DNA of 64,000 nucleotides from an uncultured delta proteobacterium (lineage in GTDB: Bacteria; Desulfobacterota; BSN033; UBA1163), in NCBI GenBank assembly GCA_963827685.1, contig CAWHBU010000002.1, positions 1,215,912 to 1,279,911 of the forward strand, given 5' to 3'. Position numbers and translations under genes: made by a program. Positions 18,029 through 28,127 of this stretch are shown in pieces. The first letter of the stretch is position 1. Every line of letters starts with the position of its first letter. A model generated the notes under the pieces. The model was not told the DNA's origin, did no database searches, and worked only from the letters and a program-made list of their open reading frames with translations.

Positions 18029-18862
18029 TTACGTTCCCTTCCAATTTTTAATGGTTTCATTGAAACTTTGAACGATACCATAGAAGCGCCGAATGAATGG
18101 GCCTTTCTCTCCTTCTTCCTGATGGATAGGATAGACCCTTCCACCTCTCACGGCTGCCGCCTCGGCAAACTCCTTCAGTTCTCCTTTTGGTTGAGCCTTG
18201 ATCCTCTCGAGCTCCATCCCATGCTCCTCCTCCATTTCATGTTCAGTGAGGTCCCCTGTGATCCAGGCCCAACTCATAGGGTAGACATCGGGATTGAAAA
18301 CGACAGAATAAAAATGCCAGACGATGATGGTGAGGGTAGCTAAGACTGCCTCATAGAAATGGATTGCCTGGGCAACATCCCAAGTCCACATGGGAAAATA
18401 CATCAACCATTCCGTTTTAAACCAAAGGATAAAGCCTGTAACAGTCATAACAATCGTTCCCCAGATCAAGCCCAGGTATTCCAACTTCTCCCGGAAATTG
18501 AAGCGAGGCATTTTGAGCGCTTTGGCCGGCCGGTTGATGAAGAGATTGTTCTTCAACGTCTCCCAGAGGTCTTTGGCATCTTTCAACCCTGGGATCATAT
18601 CCTTTGCAATTCCTCTCCCCCTCTCCGTGAAGGCTAAGTACAAGAGGTGATAGCCCCCCAGGAAAACCGTAGCCACACCACACAGGCGATGCAAAAAACC
18701 TCGAAGGGTCATTCCCAAAGGAGCATCGGTGATGGGAGAAACCCAGAAGGCGGTCGAATAGCTTAGAGCAAAACCTGTGATAACCAGGAGCGTAAAATTC
18801 ACGGCAAGATTGAGATGCTGCATTCTCTCATTCAATGTCATTCTGAGGTATCCCTTTGTCAT
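18029..18862 (-). CDS. Cytochrome b subunit (FdnI/HydC-like)
   Basis: ERMQH, FLHR, RFNFREKLEY, AIHFYEA...WHFY heme-b histidines; own AAGGAG RBS. Confidence 0.88.
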   Translation of the reverse strand: MTKGYLRMTLNERMQHLNLAVNFTLLVITGFALSYSTAFWVSPITDAPLGMTLRGFLHRLCGVATVFLGGYHLLYLAFTERGRGIAKDMIPGLKDAKDLWETLKNNLFINRPAKALKMPRFNFREKLEYLGLIWGTIVMTVTGFILWFKTEWLMYFPMWTWDVAQAIHFYEAVLATLTIIVWHFYSVVFNPDVYPMSWAWITGDLTEHEMEEEHGMELERIKAQPKGELKEFAEAAAVRGGRVYPIHQEEGEKGPFIRRFYGIVQSFNETIKNWKGT

Positions 18863-18882
18863 GGCGGTCTACTCCTTGCTTT

Positions 18883-20163
18883 TTAATGTGCCCGGTCAAT
18901 CGTCTTTCTCAACCAATCCATAAAGTTAAAGAATGTCAATCCTCCGATGACAGCGACTATTAGTAAAATGTAGACAATCCTCACCCATCCAACCACCTTC
19001 TCCCCAAAATCTTCTCCGGTGATCGAGGCAACGGCATGCATCTTTCCTTTTGCAAAGTTCTCCGAGGCTCCGGGGTGACAGGTTCCACAGGTCTTTTGCA
19101 AATTATCTTTGTGGATCATAGATTTTGGATCTGAAGAAGGTCGGATATCATGGACTCCATGACAACTGGCACAGTGTGCCGAATAGGTATCTCCCCCACG
19201 ATAAGAAAGGCCATGAAAACTATCATAATAGGATTTGACTGGTGTTGTAGTGATCTTATATTCTCTTGAAATTCGCTCTGCTGCATGGCACTGTGGGCAG
19301 GTGGTTAAGGCGATTCTCTTCTCATTGACCGGAGAATCGGGGTCTACCTTCGCTTTAATTCCGTGGAAACCATGACAAGTCGTACAGGTGGGAGAATCAC
19401 TTCTTCCCCTTGCCGCAAGAACTCCATGGACACTCTCTGTAAATTGTTTGGTAATATCTGGATGGCACCCCCCACAGGTCTGGGGAATGTTCGATCGGAA
19501 GATCGTTGATTTGGGATCGATGAGGGATCTCAGGCTACTATGACTCCCATGGCAACTCGTGCAGGTCACCTCGCCCGATTTTCCATGGACACTTTTTCTA
19601 AATTCCTCTTTAGGTATAGCCTCCCCTAATCCATGCTCTTTGACAAATCCCAAATCTGAATGACAGCGATTACATGTCTTGTCAATGTTGGAAAGGTAGG
19701 TCATGGATTTTGCATTCTTACTTGGGAGTATATTATGTTTTCCGTGGCAATCATAACAACTCGCTGCCCTCTCCGTCCCCTTCATGATCATCTTGGAATG
19801 GAGGCCCTGCAAGTATTCTTTCTCCGCCTTCTCGTGGCAAGTGGCACAGTTTACCCTTTTGTCCGCCGCCTTCTGCCCACCCTCGGCATGCTTGTCATCT
19901 TTAATATGGGTGTGGCAATCTGAACAGGACAATTTCCTGTGAACCGAATTTTTAAAACCTGACTCTGAAACAAAAAGAGCGATACTCTTGCCACGAGCAT
20001 CTTGCTTTTTTAGCGACTCGTCTTGATGACAGCCAAGGCAGAAGGAATTGTCGGCCCAAGCCGCTCCTGTCATCCACCCCAGGATCAGCCCCAAGATCAG
20101 AAAGACAGGAAGCCCCCCCCCGATGATCCTCCAAGCCCTACCACCATCTTCTCTCCGTTTCAT
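18883..20163 (-). CDS. Membrane-anchored multiheme cytochrome c (11 CxxCH)
   Basis: Signal peptide; CLGCH, CSDCH, CATCH, CYDCH, CNRCH, CTSCH, CGGCH, CTTCH, CPQCH, CASCH, CGTCH; C-terminal TM helix. Confidence 0.93.
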   Translation of the reverse strand: MKRREDGGRAWRIIGGGLPVFLILGLILGWMTGAAWADNSFCLGCHQDESLKKQDARGKSIALFVSESGFKNSVHRKLSCSDCHTHIKDDKHAEGGQKAADKRVNCATCHEKAEKEYLQGLHSKMIMKGTERAASCYDCHGKHNILPSKNAKSMTYLSNIDKTCNRCHSDLGFVKEHGLGEAIPKEEFRKSVHGKSGEVTCTSCHGSHSSLRSLIDPKSTIFRSNIPQTCGGCHPDITKQFTESVHGVLAARGRSDSPTCTTCHGFHGIKAKVDPDSPVNEKRIALTTCPQCHAAERISREYKITTTPVKSYYDSFHGLSYRGGDTYSAHCASCHGVHDIRPSSDPKSMIHKDNLQKTCGTCHPGASENFAKGKMHAVASITGEDFGEKVVGWVRIVYILLIVAVIGGLTFFNFMDWLRKTIDRAH

Positions 20164-20588
20164 GCTGGAACCCTCCTTGGAATGAGGAAAGGGAAAAACC
20201 CTCCTTTTAAATTCTCTCTCTCAATCTTTTCAAAAGCACACTCCACTGCCGACTTGATCTCTTCCAGATCAACTGGTTTCATGGCTTGATAGAAGATCCC
20301 TGCCCCTCGGAGACGTTTCACCAGCCCGATAGAGAGATCTGAAGAGATGACGATGACCTGGATCTTATCATCAATCTTCTTAAAGAGGGGGACTAAGTCA
20401 CAAGCCTTCACTCCTTCCATCTCATCCTCAAGGAGGGCGACATGGATGCTTCCTTTTCGAACCTTCCGAATCATCTCACTCACCATCTTTGCCGTTTCGA
20501 CCCTGTAACCAATGCCATGGAAAAAAGTGGAGAGTGATTTGGCCCAAACATCATCCTGATATGCAATGAGGATCGTTTTCGATTTCAT
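20160..20588 (-). CDS. Stand-alone atypical receiver-domain protein
   Basis: ILIAYQDD...ALLEDEM...VISS...MKPV; receiver fold with an altered acidic pocket. Confidence 0.75.
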   Translation of the reverse strand: MKSKTILIAYQDDVWAKSLSTFFHGIGYRVETAKMVSEMIRKVRKGSIHVALLEDEMEGVKACDLVPLFKKIDDKIQVIVISSDLSIGLVKRLRGAGIFYQAMKPVDLEEIKSAVECAFEKIERENLKGGFFPFLIPRRVPA

Positions 20589-20632
20589 ATTAAACTCCTC
20601 CTCAATCAGGCATCCTTATTCTTCCAATCTTC

Positions 20633-20887
20633 CTATGTCGCCCGGATAGGTATGTTTCCCCGGCGAGAAGAAGAGAACGCCGTTCCTACGAAAGAGGAAA
20701 AGAGAATTCCAGCGGGGATCAATTGGGCTAAAACCACGATGATACCTCCGGTGAAGAAAAAACAGACTCCTAAGAGTCCGATTCCCCTGATCCCTCCCGC
20801 ATAAGCAATTCCTAAAATGACCAACGTAATCGCCAAGACCAAGATTAAGCTTAAAAGGATTAAAATATTTCTCATTTTCCCAAGCAT
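20633..20887 (-). CDS. Small membrane protein (paralog of 20903-21208)
   Basis: IIVVLAQLIPAGILFSSFVG motif. Confidence 0.7.
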   Translation of the reverse strand: MLGKMRNILILLSLILVLAITLVILGIAYAGGIRGIGLLGVCFFFTGGIIVVLAQLIPAGILFSSFVGTAFSSSRRGNIPIRAT

Positions 20888-20902
20888 TGTTTTTTTCAGC
20901 TC

Positions 20903-21208
20903 CTATTTTTTAACAGGTGCCGGCTCAATTCCAGGGAGTACAGCTTTCTCTTCCGTTACCACTTCCCCGGTTTCTCTTTTGCGTTTGAAGACCATGCTTG
21001 AAGAGGTTCCGATGAAAGAGAAGAAGAGAATTGCTGCTGGAACGAATTGAAGGAGGATAATCACGGCCCCAATGATGATGAAAATCCAGAGGGCAATTCC
21101 AGCATCTTTCAGGTTGATAGACCGTGCAAATGCTGGCGTAGCCATCATAGCCATAGTGATCAGCCCGGCCATCGATCCAGCGAACCAAGGTTTTATTGTT
21201 TTTAACAT
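20903..21208 (-). CDS. Small membrane protein (paralog of 20633-20887)
   Basis: Signal-like N-terminus (PAFA) and AVIILLQFVPAAILFFSFIG motif. Confidence 0.7.
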   Translation of the reverse strand: MLKTIKPWFAGSMAGLITMAMMATPAFARSINLKDAGIALWIFIIIGAVIILLQFVPAAILFFSFIGTSSSMVFKRKRETGEVVTEEKAVLPGIEPAPVKK

Positions 21209-21247
21209 ACCTCATCCCCCCTTTCTAATGGGCAGAGCTTTCAATAT

Positions 21248-21264
21248 TGCATTTCATATGCCAA
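21248..21264 (-). promoter_or_regulatory. Sigma54 -24/-12 promoter of the cytochrome operon
   Basis: Minus strand TTGGCATATGAAATGCA = GG-N10-GC. Confidence 0.75.
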
Positions 21265-21348
21265 CGTGAAACTTAAAAACATATTTGATTTAACTATTTG
21301 AAATTATTAATTTTTACTAAATTATTTGAAGAACGCTTTGAGGCAAAA

Positions 21349-21367
21349 TGTATATTCTAAATATACA
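21349..21367. promoter_or_regulatory. Candidate enhancer (bEBP binding site)
   Basis: Perfect palindrome TGTATATT-CTA-AATATACA about 85-100 nt upstream of the -24 element, with an AT-rich IHF-like tract between. Confidence 0.55.
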
Positions 21368-21459
21368 ATTTTTAGGAACAAAATGAGCAAAAATTCACTA
21401 ATTAATAGAATTGACTGATTTACTTGAAGAATAAAAAAAATATGCAGTTTAATATCCAA

Positions 21460-21744
21460 TCAGAATCCTAACGTCCGAGCTAAGATTGTAAAGGCAATAA
21501 TGGGAATTAGCCAACAGAAAAAAGCAATTATAAAACAAAGACTTACATCATCTGTCTCGATCCTTTTTACCTCTCCATATCTGACAATTAAGATCGTTCC
21601 AAGGGCAGCAATCCCTACCACAACAATTGACCAACCCACAATCAACCATTTAAAAAAATCTGACAAGAGAAGCTCCTTGCTTTCCGTGATTCGTGCTCGT
21701 GGTTCGTGACCGAAAGGACCATCCCTTTTTAACTCATAACTCAA
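21460..21744 (-). CDS. Hypothetical two-TM membrane protein
   Basis: 94-aa ORF with two hydrophobic segments. Confidence 0.5.
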   Translation of the reverse strand: MSYELKRDGPFGHEPRARITESKELLLSDFFKWLIVGWSIVVVGIAALGTILIVRYGEVKRIETDDVSLCFIIAFFCWLIPIIAFTILARTLGF

Positions 21745-21756
21745 AACTCCTGACTC

Positions 21757-23160
21757 TCAACTCTCTCCCCTCGCTCGGAGGTTGTATTTTCTCATCAGGG
21801 CTTGAAAATTTGGCCGCAGCATTCCTACCTCTTCAGCCGCTCTGGTGACATTCCATTGATGGCGCTCTAAGGCATTTAGGACAAACGCCCTTTCAATCTC
21901 CTCAACCGCCTTTTCCCTCATCTGCTTCTTAATCTCTTTTAGCTCTTCACTCGTCACGGGGATTTGATTCTCCAAAATTTCTTTTTCTTGTTGACCCGGG
22001 AGAATGAGATGCTCCACTCTCACCATCTCATCGTCGATCATCACCACAGTCCGTTCGATCACATTCTCCAGCTCTCGAATGTTTCCTGGCCATGGATACC
22101 TCATCATTTTTTCCATGGCTTCGGGGGTAAACCCTTTGATCGCCTTTCCCATCTCTTCAGCATATTTCTTGAGAAAATGGACGGCCAAGAGGGGAATGTC
22201 TTCTTGACGTTCTTTCAAAGTTGGAAGAGAGATGGGAACAATATTCAATCGGTAATAGAGATCTTCCCTAAAGACCTCTTCTTTGATCATCTTTTCGAGA
22301 TCTTTGTTGGTGGCAGCAATCAACCGAATGTCCACCTTTTTGGCCTTGGTCCCTCCCACGGGGGTGAACTCTCTTTCTTGCAAGACCCTGAGGAGTTTCG
22401 CTTGAATAGATAAGCTGATATTCCCAACTTCATCGAGGAAGACCGTCCCTCCATCCGCCACTTCAAAAAGCCCCGGCTTGGTGGTGACGGCACCGGTGAA
22501 AGAACCCCTGATGTGGCCGAACAATTCGCTTTCCAAGAGATTCTCTGAAAGAACAGCACAGTCCACCGGCACAAATTGTTTCTCTCTTCTTGGACTGTTG
22601 AAATGAATGGCCCGAGCGATGAGTTCCTTTCCTGTCCCGCTCTGACCATAGATTAAGACCGTACTGTCGGTCACAGCCACTTTGGCAATGATCCGGTAGA
22701 TCTCCTGCATCTTCTTGCTCTTTCCCACAATGTTATGGAACCCATACTTTTCCTGCAACTCCTGACGCAGGTATATATTCTCCAGCATAAGGTTCTTCTT
22801 CTCAATCGCCTTTTTCACCACAATGGAGACCTCATCAGGCGTAAACGGCTTGGGGATGTAATCGAAGGCTCCCAATTTCATAGCCTCCACTGCGGTTTCA
22901 ACAGTAGAAAAACCGGTGATCATAATGATGATTGAATCGGGATACTCCTTACGAAATGTCCTCAGAACCTCCATGCCATCAATCCCCGGCATCTTGAGGT
23001 CGGTGATGACAATATCGAAAGGGTTGGCCTTCATTTTTTCAAAGGCTTCTTTTCCGCTCAGGGCGGCTTCCACCTCATACCCCTCCTCATCCAGAATCCG
23101 CTTGCAACTCTCGCAAACGATCATTTCATCATCAACAACTAAAATTCTTGGCACGGACAC
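21757..23160 (-). CDS. NtrC-family sigma54-dependent response regulator
   Basis: Receiver (VVDD, DLKMP, KPF), GQSGTGKE, GSFTGA, FLDEVG, WPGNIREL, C-terminal HTH. Confidence 0.95.
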   Translation of the reverse strand: MSVPRILVVDDEMIVCESCKRILDEEGYEVEAALSGKEAFEKMKANPFDIVITDLKMPGIDGMEVLRTFRKEYPDSIIIMITGFSTVETAVEAMKLGAFDYIPKPFTPDEVSIVVKKAIEKKNLMLENIYLRQELQEKYGFHNIVGKSKKMQEIYRIIAKVAVTDSTVLIYGQSGTGKELIARAIHFNSPRREKQFVPVDCAVLSENLLESELFGHIRGSFTGAVTTKPGLFEVADGGTVFLDEVGNISLSIQAKLLRVLQEREFTPVGGTKAKKVDIRLIAATNKDLEKMIKEEVFREDLYYRLNIVPISLPTLKERQEDIPLLAVHFLKKYAEEMGKAIKGFTPEAMEKMMRYPWPGNIRELENVIERTVVMIDDEMVRVEHLILPGQQEKEILENQIPVTSEELKEIKKQMREKAVEEIERAFVLNALERHQWNVTRAAEEVGMLRPNFQALMRKYNLRARGES

Positions 23161-23740
23161 TTCTTATTCCTCCCCACCGTTAGGATATAAGTCCTCATCA
23201 TCTTAGCATAAATGGCACAGGTATTAAAGAAGCTGACCAAGCTCGTTCCAAGTACAACCCATGCCCAATGAAGCTTAAATATGCTTTTTCCCTTCAATGC
23301 TACCACCTGCAACTTGCTTCAGAATGACAAACATTCCTCCTCATTTACTCAAGGAAGCATAAATATCTTCCCTTATATTCGATTTTCCAAAAAATGTCGA
23401 GTTAAAAACAGAAAGCGCTTTGTGGAATCAATAAGGTTGATCCGTCTGAAATTTTCAATTAGGTCTATTTGTGACTGAAAAGCTCTTCAGACTCAATGTG
23501 GCTTAAGGAAATGGCCGAAGAGAAAGGAGTGGATGAGTCTTGAATCGTTGCTTATTTTTTGAATAGTGAATTCCAGAAAAATTGAGGTTTATTATTTATG
23601 AAATGCTCTTTAAAAAATTAAGAAATGATTTTCCGACCCTTCTTTCTCAGAATAGTTAAACACGAGTGGAGCGAATCCGTTTCAACGACCCGTCGGATGC
23701 CACAATTCTTTATAATGCTACGCTCTTGTTTTTCATTTTT

Positions 23741-25636
23741 TCATTCCCGTTCCTTCATTCTGTGCGGGCGTGTCAAATTCTCTGGCTTCATAAATTCCTT
23801 CCATTCTCCTTCTGTCATTAGCTTTCGTTTCAGAACTATTTCTTTAACGCTGCGACCTGTTTCCAATACGTCTTTAACAATCTCTGAAGCTTTTTTGTAG
23901 GTGATTATAGGGATTAAGAAAGTAGCCAATCCGGGACTTTCCTCCACTCTTTTCCGAAGATTTTCTTTTTCTTTTTCGCTTACCGTGACGTCCTTTATAT
24001 GATCCGCCAGAATCCTTGTTGCACGAGTCAACATTTCTAACGATTGAAAAATGTTAAAACCAATAATGGGTTCGAAAGCGTTGAGTTGCAGTTGACCGGC
24101 TTCAGCCGCCATGGTGACAGTCAAATCATTTCCGATAACCTGAAAGGCGACTTGATTCACTACTTCAGGAATGACAGGATTAACTTTGCCAGGCATAATC
24201 GATGAACCCGCTTGGACCGTGGGGAGTTTAAGATCACCAAAACCGGCTCTGGGTCCGCTATTCAATAATCTCAAGTCGTTGCAAATCTTAGACAATTTAA
24301 CGGCAAGTCGTTTCAGTACACTGGAGAATAAAACAAAAGCCCCTGTATCCCATGTAGCTTCCACGAAATCTTTTGCTGGCCTGAGATTAATATCATCGAT
24401 ATGGACGTCATTTTTTATAATGTTGTTAAGTTGATTTATTACCTTCGCGCAATACATTTCGTCGGCCGTCACGCCAGTACCGATAGCTGTCCCTCCCAAA
24501 TTGATTTGTTCAAAGAGTTTAGCTGCGCCGTCAAGTTTATCAACATCCTCCTCAATCGTTTCAGCAAAAGCTCCAAATTCCTGCCCGAGAGTCATGGGAA
24601 CGGCGTCTTGGAGTTGCGTCCGCCCCATTTTAATTATATCTCTAAACTCTTTCGCTTTCTCTCTGAATTTTTCTATAAGATATCCCATTGCCCTCGTCAG
24701 ATCTTTATAGGTTAACACTATTGTTAAACGAATAGCGGTAGGATATACATCATTGGTAGATTGACACATATTAACATGGTCATTGGGATCAACAATTACT
24801 CCATTACTTCTCGGATAACCAAGAATTTCCTGCGCACGTTTCGCAATCACCTCATTTGCATTCATATTAGTGGATGTTCCAGCACCGCCTTGTATTACAT
24901 CGACAACAAATTGACTAAGCAAAAAAGAGTTTCCCTGAATGATTTCGTTACAAGCATGAATAATAGCTTCGGCTCTGCTCAATTTTTTTTTAGGGTTTGG
25001 CTCATTTTTCATGTCCTCCGAGTCTTCATTGGCTCTAGCAGCTGCTTTTTTTATCATGGCTAGACTTCGGATTAGCGAAGGAAAATGAGATAAACCGATA
25101 CCCGTTATACAAAAGTTTCTCTTGGCCAATTCTGTTTGGGCACCATAATAAGCATTAATGGGTATTTCCAAGAATTGGCCTTCATGTATCGGATGTTCTA
25201 CTTTTCGCATCTCGCCAATTGAAAGACACTTAAGACGACTGAAAGCGATATGAGCAACCTGTTTGAAGATTTTATTGGCTATATCTCTCTCGTCTATCAG
25301 AAACTTTTCAATATCCCGTCTTCTCCACCATAGCACTGTGCTATCGAGTACTGCTCGACACGAAACAGTGTGAGGTTTATCCGGTTCAAACAGCACCCCT
25401 TCACCAACGATCTCATTTTTAAAAAGGCGTGCAACATGTTCTTCTTTGCCTCCTTTCCCCCTAAAAAGATCAAGCTCGCCATCTTTGATAATAAGCAACC
25501 CTCTTCGTGCTTTACCTTCTTCAATTTCACAAGAAATCTCTCCTAGCCTACAATTCCTTTCCACAATATGTTTTGCTACTTTTTCTATTTGATCTCCTGT
25601 CAGATTAGGAAAAACATATCTCAAAGTATCTTTCAT
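23741..25636 (-). CDS. aspA: Cyclic-nucleotide-binding domain fused to aspartate ammonia-lyase
   Basis: N-terminal IIKDGELD...IVGEGVLF...HTVSCRA cNMP-like barrel; QGGAGTSTNMN, QSTND, GRTQLQDA, GSSIMPGKVNP. Confidence 0.88.
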   Translation of the reverse strand: MKDTLRYVFPNLTGDQIEKVAKHIVERNCRLGEISCEIEEGKARRGLLIIKDGELDLFRGKGGKEEHVARLFKNEIVGEGVLFEPDKPHTVSCRAVLDSTVLWWRRRDIEKFLIDERDIANKIFKQVAHIAFSRLKCLSIGEMRKVEHPIHEGQFLEIPINAYYGAQTELAKRNFCITGIGLSHFPSLIRSLAMIKKAAARANEDSEDMKNEPNPKKKLSRAEAIIHACNEIIQGNSFLLSQFVVDVIQGGAGTSTNMNANEVIAKRAQEILGYPRSNGVIVDPNDHVNMCQSTNDVYPTAIRLTIVLTYKDLTRAMGYLIEKFREKAKEFRDIIKMGRTQLQDAVPMTLGQEFGAFAETIEEDVDKLDGAAKLFEQINLGGTAIGTGVTADEMYCAKVINQLNNIIKNDVHIDDINLRPAKDFVEATWDTGAFVLFSSVLKRLAVKLSKICNDLRLLNSGPRAGFGDLKLPTVQAGSSIMPGKVNPVIPEVVNQVAFQVIGNDLTVTMAAEAGQLQLNAFEPIIGFNIFQSLEMLTRATRILADHIKDVTVSEKEKENLRKRVEESPGLATFLIPIITYKKASEIVKDVLETGRSVKEIVLKRKLMTEGEWKEFMKPENLTRPHRMKERE

Positions 25637-25961
25637 AACCGCTTCCTATTGCCTAATAATCACTAACTATTGGCAATTCGCCAGCATCCAGCACTAATAT
25701 ACAGCAAAGGAATTTAACAGATTCGACTCCTACGTTCTTCATGCTATGGGACTCCACGCATAGGTTTGCAAACGAATTCGTTAGGTCCCAATATATGTCT
25801 TTCTTCCAATTCATTAATAGTGACCTGGAGATTGAATTTAAGCTTCGGTAATAAGATTTTTCATAGAGGGAGATGGCTTTGGGTACTGCCCGTGGCTGCG
25901 GAAATTATCAATGGATCAAACCTACCTGTTTACTTTCCTCATTTATAGGTAATAAAAGTGC

Positions 25962-26252
25962 TTAGCCTCCCGAAACTGGAACAAATAGATCAATCTGATC
26001 TTCATGGCAAAGTTTTGTTCCACGTATTTTCTGGGGCGAAACAACTGCATGATTAATAAAAATATTTATTTGAGAATCCAGAATTTCTTTTTTGAAAAAA
26101 AACCTTTTAAAACGGTCCCCAAATCGCCTTGATAGAATCCATAGTAATTCTTCCAAAGACCCCAATTCCAAGCATACTTCATCCGATTCCTTCCCAGTAA
26201 TTTCTCTTAAGATACCGTAAAAATTGACGTGAACCACTTTATCTTCAGGCAT
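25962..26252 (-). CDS. MoaD/ThiS-family sulfur carrier
   Basis: Ubiquitin-like size, ends in PVSGG. Confidence 0.88.
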   Translation of the reverse strand: MPEDKVVHVNFYGILREITGKESDEVCLELGSLEELLWILSRRFGDRFKRFFFKKEILDSQINIFINHAVVSPQKIRGTKLCHEDQIDLFVPVSGG

Positions 26253-26264
26253 GTTTCAAGAATT

Positions 26265-28127
26265 CTAAAAATTCAATCTCCGATAATAACTATCCAGACC
26301 CAATTCTTGACATTTTTCTTGAATTGGGATCCCATTCCCGTCCCAACCCCGAATCTCATAATATTCATCGAGCATTTTCTCAAAATCCTGCCTGTCGATC
26401 GTCTTACCCGCAGCCACTCCTGTCGTTAAGGGATCGCGGAAGATTCTCTCCGGGAGGGCGTCTTCTTTTCGGCTAAAACCTTCGCGGACATTGAATAACC
26501 GGACCATGTTCCAGATCCTTTCCCCGACAACCGGGACTTCTTCTGAATCCATCTCCCATCCTGTGGCCGCATTCAATAGATCAACACAGCGCCCTTGGCC
26601 CACTGCACCGATGACCATATCGCAAAGGGCAACTGAGTAGAAGAAGGCATTCATGTCTTGATCATATTTCGTTACAAAAGCCTTTCCTTCGACGCCATAG
26701 CGGTCTAGGGTTCTCCCATCTGGGGTTCTGGTTCCTCGAACCTCATAGGCGATTGGGAATGCCCTCTCATGATCCGCCCCTCGTTCAGCCGTGGCGTAAG
26801 CCAGCCCCATTCCAGGAGAAGATCTCACCTCCCATCCAGGAAATTCAAGCCCTTTCACCTCCATGGCAAATTTCTCAGTTCCTTTGCCAAAAGCCCTGGC
26901 CACTTCGCGTACCCCTCGGGACATTAGATCTCCGATCCCTTCCCGAAAAGCGATCTTACGAAGCATCTCGAGGACGGCCTCTCCGTTATTAAATTCTAAC
27001 CGCAGCCCATCAAGGTCTTTTTCATCCACAATCCCTCTCTCGAAACACTCCATTACGAAACCAATTACATTTCCGGCTGAAAGGGTATCGAGGCCCAAAC
27101 GATCGCAAAGTTCGTTTGCTGCAGCAATTAGTCCTAGATCACTGATCTCTAGATTGGCTCCCAGAAGAGTGGAAGTTTCGTATTCGATGCCTTCAACGAC
27201 AGTCCCCTTATATTTTCCGGAACGAACAAAACCGATTTTCGAACAGTTAATTGGGCAACCGAAACAGGCCTTATCCTTCACCCAAAACTTTTTTCTCATC
27301 GTTTCGCCAGAGATCTTCTCCACCTCTGGAAATGTTCCGGTTTGGAAGTTCCGAGTGGGGTAGAGATCTTGATTGGAAGAGAAAAGGGTTGAACGACCTG
27401 TACCGATCCTTCTTAAAGTGGCCATCCCCGCATTATCTGGGCTTAAGATTTCGCTCTTGATTTTCTTGGCGATTTTCATAAATCGGTCAGGCTGGTCGAT
27501 CAAAATTGCTCCGTTCCCTTTTACCGCGATAGCTTTTAAATTCTTCGAACCTAAAACGGCGCCCAACCCCCCTCTTGCCGCTTGTCGGTGCACATCTACA
27601 CTAATTAATGAATACTTAACCAGGCGCTCTCCAGCTGGGCCGATAGTGGCAATATGTATGTCGTGCCCCACTTCTTTCTTAATGACTTCATCAGTTTGAG
27701 CAGTGTCCAGACCCCACAAATGATCGGCGTGCCTAAACTCAACCTTACCATCCTCAATCAAAACATAAGAGGGTTTGTCACATTTCCCTCTTAGAGAGAC
27801 CACATCATATCCGGCATATTTGAGTTCCGGACCGAAATGCCCTCCAACATAAGAATCACAATATGTCCCAGAGAGAGGAGATTTCCCGATAACCACCGTT
27901 CGCGTTGATGGACAATAAGTCCCGGTTAAGGGACCTGTGACAAATAACAATTGAGCTTCAGGGGCGAGGGGATGGGTACCTGCCTTCATGCTTTCGAACA
28001 GAAGAACCGCACCCAATCCTTTCCCGCCAATGAATTTTTTCGCCTCCTCGGGCTCTAAGGGAATGATCTCAACTTTCTTGGATGATAGGTCGATATCAAG
28101 AATCTTTCCCACATATCCTTTGTTCAC
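26265..28127 (-). CDS. Aldehyde:ferredoxin oxidoreductase family (W/Mo) enzyme
   Basis: FIGGKGLG, KSPLSG, IGPAGE, GSKNLKAI, CFGCPINC, DRLGLDT, YYEIRGWD. Confidence 0.93.
   Translation of the reverse strand: MNKGYVGKILDIDLSSKKVEIIPLEPEEAKKFIGGKGLGAVLLFESMKAGTHPLAPEAQLLFVTGPLTGTYCPSTRTVVIGKSPLSGTYCDSYVGGHFGPELKYAGYDVVSLRGKCDKPSYVLIEDGKVEFRHADHLWGLDTAQTDEVIKKEVGHDIHIATIGPAGERLVKYSLISVDVHRQAARGGLGAVLGSKNLKAIAVKGNGAILIDQPDRFMKIAKKIKSEILSPDNAGMATLRRIGTGRSTLFSSNQDLYPTRNFQTGTFPEVEKISGETMRKKFWVKDKACFGCPINCSKIGFVRSGKYKGTVVEGIEYETSTLLGANLEISDLGLIAAANELCDRLGLDTLSAGNVIGFVMECFERGIVDEKDLDGLRLEFNNGEAVLEMLRKIAFREGIGDLMSRGVREVARAFGKGTEKFAMEVKGLEFPGWEVRSSPGMGLAYATAERGADHERAFPIAYEVRGTRTPDGRTLDRYGVEGKAFVTKYDQDMNAFFYSVALCDMVIGAVGQGRCVDLLNAATGWEMDSEEVPVVGERIWNMVRLFNVREGFSRKEDALPERIFRDPLTTGVAAGKTIDRQDFEKMLDEYYEIRGWDGNGIPIQEKCQELGLDSYYRRLNF

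Noticed and set aside
16144-18144. Long ORFs at 16144-16797, 17274-17837, 17608-17790 and 17713-18051
   Set aside because: Antisense to the transglycosylase or running through palindromic non-coding DNA; no recognisable motifs.
23164-23315. Possible MFS-transporter N-terminal remnant (KLHWAWVVLGTSLVSFF, minus strand)
   Set aside because: Too short and without a clear start; similarity is only impressionistic.
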